A stretch of DNA of 61,001 bases, taken from the NCBI RefSeq assembly GCF_001447785.1, contig NW_015174995.1, positions 1 to 61,001 on the forward strand. Reading direction: 5' to 3'. The stretch is from Gekko japonicus (taxonomy: Eukaryota). The position numbers were made by a program, and so were the translations under genes. Shown in pieces: positions 55,460-61,001 of the stretch (the stretch's first letter is position 1; each line of letters begins with the position of its first letter). The notes under the pieces were generated by a model, which made no database searches, was not told where the DNA came from, and saw only the letters and a list, made by a program, of their open reading frames with translations.

Positions 55460-57539
55460 GAGTCAAGAGAGAGAGCTGGTCATGAAAGGAGTGCTGGCAG
55501 CTTCTCTCCGTAGGTGGAATTTTATCTTCAGTTTATTCTATTTGCCTATTTTATATTACCTCCCCCTTGGATTCTCCTATGCTTCAAGGCCAGAATTGTG
55601 AGCTGACTACAGGAAGCTTTTTATATAAATAGCACTTTTCAAAGCTTTGGAGCAATCTGGCTTAATGCCGAACCAAAAACGCCGCCGGTCTTCCTCTGAT
55701 ATAGCAGATTTGAAAGGCGGCAAACAACAGAGGATTGATAAGTTTGTCTTGAACACGCAGGCTGGAGCAGTTTATCTTTCCAACAGATGTGCTGTGCTGG
55801 AAGCGGACTCACAGGTTTTGTCGGGAGAAGAGTAGAGAAACTCTTTGGCTGAGACAAATACACAACAACATTGCTGCCAGCAGCTGCCATATAGGATAAT
55901 GGAGCTTTTTTCAAAGGAAGCAATCCTGACATCACAGTCTCTGGCCATATTACTTGATAAAATTAATGCCATTGATGTTAAGGTAAATAGTTTGGAGGAG
56001 GTTGTTAAAAACTTTGCTGTGTCAAGGCCAAGAGGAGGGAAAGATAAGATAGACGCTGAGACCACAGGAGCAGATGGGACAGCTGCAGGTGATTTACAGC
56101 AAGGAAAGGAAGGCTCTGAAAGATACAAGGAGATTCTTTTAACTCAAGGACTGATTATTTTAGATGGAGGAATTTTGGTCTGATTATTCGTTCCTTGAGC
56201 CAACTGCTCAATTGTAGTACTTCAGAGATTTTTTTAAGCTCTTATAGCAGGCTCCCTAGATTGGGAATTCTCTCCAGAATGGTTCTACAGTTTAAGAATG
56301 AAGATACCCCAGCTAAGATGTTGTCCCTGCAAAGTTTTTATATAATCATTATGGAATCTGGGTGACCAGAGTTTTTAAGGACAATGTGTGTACTTCCCTG
56401 CACCCTAAAAATAAGACTCTTACTCTAGAGAAGCCAAAGGGGAAATTGGATGCCTTCCCCCTTAACAAGAAACAAGGTCTGAGTAGTGCTTTAAAGCCTG
56501 GCTCCCAGGAAAGTAATAAAGGAAGGGAGATTAAGCTAGGGATGGCACCGAAGTTACCATCCAGTGATATTAATTACACAGACCATCCAGTGATAATAAT
56601 TACACAGAATTGCTCACCCAGGAGGGAACGAATAAGATCCACTCCCTACTTGGGCACCGAAGTTACCATCCAGTGATATTAATTACACAGAATTGCTCAC
56701 CCAGAAGGGAACGAATAAGATCCACTCCCTACTTGCGAGTCATGATTCTAACCCACATACAAGGCCACGAGAGGAACATTCAGAGGCAGAAGTGCCTTAT
56801 AGGCGGATGCCAATAAATGGCCAGAAGGGGGTGATTTATGAGACAGAACTGGATTTAAGATCACACCAGGTGATCTCTGTGCCATCGGGGGGCCCCATTA
56901 ATGTTAAATCTCTGGCTTATGAATTGAGGGAAGCTGAAGCCAAACAAGTTAGGGCTCAACAGATTCAGTTGATATCTATGGATGGAATGCCCAAGGAAAC
57001 AGAAGGAAAAATGATCCTACCTACCCCATCAGCAAAGGGGGAGCACTTGCCACATAATGTAGCCAAGATGAGTCCAGACATACTGGTGCATCAAGACGAT
57101 GAGGGGGTACCGCTGGTGTCGCTCCGTCAAGAAGAAATGCTGAATAACTCTATTGAGGATGAGCTCCTTACCATGTTCGCAGATCTTACACCTCAGGAGC
57201 AACATGCTGTAATGGAACGGCTGGAGTATACAAAAAAGTGCCTGTTGGCCCGAAAGGAGCACGAACGGATAGGACAGCAAGCGATTCGAGAGGATGTCAT
57301 GGTCAATTCTAACGCCCATATCCCACTTCAGACATTGCCAGCCCCACAGTCGGTCCCTTTGATAGAGGTTGAAATGGATATAGAACAGAGTGGGACAGGA
57401 TCATCGGCTGCCATTGAGGACTGCCCTCAGCTGCCAAAGAATCGATGTGGGTTTTTTGGATGTGTTTTGTTTTCTGATTTTTACCTGCCAATGCCATGTA
57501 AACTCTGATGTACTTTTATAATAAATAACTCTTTAAAAA
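55460..57539 (+). mobile_element. 2.1-kb retroposed insertion with a decayed LINE ORF1-like frame and no RT
   Basis: 15-bp TSD aaatctgcctggcat (55445-55459 and 57540-57554), AATAAA at 57520 then an A run. ORF pieces 55647-55835, 55845-56183, 56362-56676 and 56693-57508. Confidence 0.7.
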
Positions 57540-59290
57540 AAATCTGCCTGGCATTTATGCCTATGGCGTGGCTAATTGTGCATGTGATCCGGGACCATAA
57601 TATCTTTGTAGAAGTTTCTTCTCAAGGTACTCAGATGTTTGTCGCTGTTGATACAAACTTTTTAGCCACAGTTTATGCCAGCTGATCTTATAAATTGTGG
57701 AAGATCCATGAAGGCCACATATAACAGTTTCTTAAGTCCCTAGGCATATTTGTTAATCAGATGGTTAAGCACAAAATGCCATAAGAACATAAGAGAAGCT
57801 CATGTTGCATCAGGCCAATTGCCCATCCAGTCCAACACTCTGTGACACAGTGGCCAAAATACCAAGTGCCATCAGGAGGTCCAGCAGTGGGGCCAGGGTC
57901 CCCCTTTTACAGGGTCCCCATTTGAAGATGTGCGTTCCCACCAGAGCCGGACGCCAGAAGTCAGGTGGCATGGGGCTCTAGGATTTCCCTCATCTCTATG
58001 GTCAGGAGGCCAGCCAGCTTCCTGGAACCCACATGTTCTTCAGAAATAATGTTGCTCTGATTGGCCTAGTCCTTTCATTTATTCTATTATATTGAAGCAA
58101 CACTCAGTAGACTAATTGGGCAGTAGTCAGCAAGTTATGATTTATTGGAACTACAATGCACATTTCCCATATTTTAAGGATTTTCCAGAGGTGTTAACAA
58201 GAAGATGAACTAGTACAGATGGCCACCATCAGACATTGCAGAGAAAATTTCAGAAAGCAACATAGCGGGCTATGATGGAACATCCCCACTGACATGCAGA
58301 CCCTATTCTGTCTTGCTCTCCAAGGCTTCTGAGCACCAGCAGCCATCCAGGCTCTCTGCCTGGAATGTTTCCCAACCTTCAGAGGTGCTTTTATCTTCCT
58401 CTTTAGATTCAACCCCTGACACCATCTGGCCTTTGTAAGAACTAGAGGAGAAAGAGCAAAAGGGGTGGGACCTCTGTGAGAAACCAAAAAGGGTACTGAG
58501 TACCAGAAGCCATAGGCGTAATCTTCGTGGGGGCGGAGGGGCTTCAGCCCCCGCCGAAATTTTCAGGAAGCTGCTCAGCCTCCCCCGGGAGCCACCCTTG
58601 CTCCTAGCAAAGCAATGCCTCTGGCCCAGCCCCAGCCCCCCCCGGGAAATTGGAAAGTCTACACCCTTGAGCCACACAAAAGAAAAGGCTGATGTACTAG
58701 ATTGTGTGCAGATCAAATATTAATATATTCATTGCAAAAAGTACAATCTAATATATTCATTGCAAAAAGTACAATCTAATATATCAGCCTTTTCTTTTGT
58801 GTGCCTTTGTAGGAACTACCCACTAAGAGGACTTGGGCTCCCAGTATCCCTTCCCTGCATTCTTAAGCCTGGTCCCTTGCCTGTGTCCCTACTACCCAGA
58901 TTCTGGTTACCAAGAGGACAGCTACTGCACTTGTTCACCACTGGAGGAGTAGCAAGTTGCCATTTGACTGCCCCTTCCCTTCTCCTGGCACTCATTTTAA
59001 AATAGCATGTCCAAAATGATGAAGGTGTATGAGGTACAGAGAACAACTATCAGCATTAAAAGAATGTAAGAGACGCCATGCTGGATCAGACCAAAGGCCC
59101 ATATAGTCCAGCATTCTGTTCACACAATGGCCAACCAACTACCTCTTAGCAGAACTCTAACTAGGACAATTTCTGCCATTGCCCAACCTGGGACTCAGTT
59201 TGGTGTAGTGATTAAGAGCGGCAGACTCATAGGGGCAAATTCCACCTCTTGCGTGTGATGTCTGAGCGGCAACATGAGAGGTCATACCAT

Positions 59291-60036
59291 CAAACTTGGA
59301 TGGTATCTTGGGGAGAGGCTTCAGCAGCTACCCTGCGAGTTTGGAGCCTCTCCCCCAAACTCCCTCCCCTCCAGCCCCCAGAATTTACCCTATGTTTTCG
59401 CCATTGACTTCAATGGCCCATAGGATATAATGGGGCCAAAACTGACATTCGGCTGGCCCTTTTTCAGGCCCAGCATTCTAGCGCAGAGTCTGAAAAAGGA
59501 GAGGAGGGGGAGGCAGCTCCGCAGGCGATTTTTCAAGCCCGGCGCTCCAGCGTGGAACCTGAAAAAGGCAGGGAGGGCAGCTCAGCAGTCCCCCCCACGG
59601 TGGTTGCAGCAGCGGCGGCCATAACTTTTTAAAGAGCCCCTAAGGAAGGCCCATAGAATTGGACCCCCTGGTCCAATGTTCTTCAAACTTGGTTGGTATC
59701 TTGGGGAGATGCTTCAGCAGCTACCCTGCAAGTTTGGAGCCTCTCCCCCAAACTCCTTCCCCTCCAGCCCCCAGAATTTACCCTATGTTTTCACCATTGA
59801 CTTCAATAGCCCATAGGATATAATGGGGCCAAAATTGACATTCGGCTGGCCCTTTTTCAGGCCTGGCATTCTAGCGCAGAGCCTGAAAAAGGAGAGGAGG
59901 GGGAGGCAGCTCTGCAGGCCATTTTTCAAGCCTGGCGCTCCAGCGCGGAACCTGAAAAAGGCAGGGCGGGCAGCTCAGCAGTCCCCCCCCCATGGTGGTT
60001 GCAGCGGCGGCCATAACTTTTTTAAGAGCCCCTAAG
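59291..60036. repeat. Tandem duplication, period 393 bp
   Basis: Near-identical ORFs start at 59430 and 59823. Confidence 0.9.
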
Positions 60037-60551
60037 GACAGCTGGAGGAGCAAGAATGACCTCTCATGCGAGAGGTGGAATTTTCCCCTATGAGTCCAAG
60101 GCCACAACTGGCTCAGGGAGGCAGGAAAACGTTTCACCCCGCCCCCCCTGCGGGCATCGCAACTGCCGCCGAGAACATCAGCAGGGCTCCCGAGCAAGCC
60201 AAGGAAAGGGAAGGTGGTGGAGCAGCTGGAGACATTGTAATGAGCACTCGAGCCCCGCCCCCAGTAGCCCTCAGGCCGGAGAACCTGGAGCAGTCTTGGG
60301 AGGTGGATTGGCAAAAAGCAAAACCAAAAGTGCAGGAACTCAAGAGAACTCCCATAATGGAGCCGGTTCCTCTTCCACAGCCCAAAATGCGACCCACAAA
60401 CCCTGAGCTTGCTTTTTCTCATTTGCGAGTCTGGCCTCCGCACTCTTTTAATGAGGCAGCCCTGAAGCTTGGGGCGGCGGGAGTTTCTTTGCACGCAGCT
60501 TGTGCGGCTGGCTGAGTGCCTCTTCTGCTTGCCCACCTCTCGCCTCCGCAC

Positions 60552-60867
60552 CTCATCTTCTGCCAGGCATGGAGGAGCCCAGCTCACCCAGGCTTCTTGC
60601 CTCCTGCTGCCTTGGCCCTCTGGTGCATGGGTGAGTCCCCAAAGTTTGACTCTTCCTCTACAAGTCTCTGGCACTGGAGGTATTCGCCTCCTTCCCTCCT
60701 GCCTGCTATGGCTGCAACGCATCTCATCTTCTGCCAGGCATGGAGGAGCCCAGCTCGCCCAGGCTTCTTGCCTCCTGCTGCCTTGGCCCTCTGGTGCACG
60801 GGTGAGTCCCCAAAGTTTGACTCTTCCTCTACAAGTCTCTGGCGCTGGAGGTATTCGCCTCCTTCCC
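60552..60867. repeat. Tandem duplication, period 171 bp, running into the N gap at 60868-60889
   Basis: ctcatcttctgccaggcatggaggagcccagctc at 60552 and 60723. Confidence 0.9.
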
Positions 60868-61001
60868 NNNNNNNNNNNNNNNNNNNNNNAATCAATCTGC
60901 AACTCTGACCACTGTGCAGTGCTGCCTCTACTGATCTGTAATGTTCCAGAGGTGTTGTAATACCCAGTTTCTCAGACGAGTGTATGCCTTTCTATTGGTC
61001 C

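Noticed and set aside
59871-60960. 343-aa and overlapping ORFs
   Set aside because: GC-rich tandem repeats spanning an N gap, with no recognisable domain.

Overview
Vertebrate genomic DNA from a squamate, probably a gecko, judged from its repeat content (Sauria-type and tRNA-derived SINEs, CR1, L2, Penelope, hAT and PIF MITEs, solo LTRs). Most entries in the ORF track are noise or TE fragments. One + strand gene runs through about 51 kb of the window. Its 3' end is four conventional exons (44982-45154, 46823-47220, 49512-49774, 51252-51400) encoding a DMBT1-type zona pellucida (ZP) domain, basic cleavage sites, a transmembrane helix and a short tail, with AATAAA at 51882. Upstream lies an array of about 28 intact symmetric phase-1 microexons (18-45 nt) that the ORF track cannot show. 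Most come as 36-nt + 30-nt pairs split by an 80-90 nt intron inside a tandemly duplicated unit, and several dead or TE-split copies are also present. Spliced together they give an open S/T/P/E/A/G-rich mucin-like stalk in frame with the ZP exon. I found no SRCR or CUB exon in the 45 kb upstream of ZP. The locus therefore looks like a DMBT1 derivative whose SID-like microexon pairs were amplified without SRCR domains, producing a modular, length-tunable ZP-mucin. The 5' end of the gene lies outside the window. All exon calls were read by eye and need transcript support.
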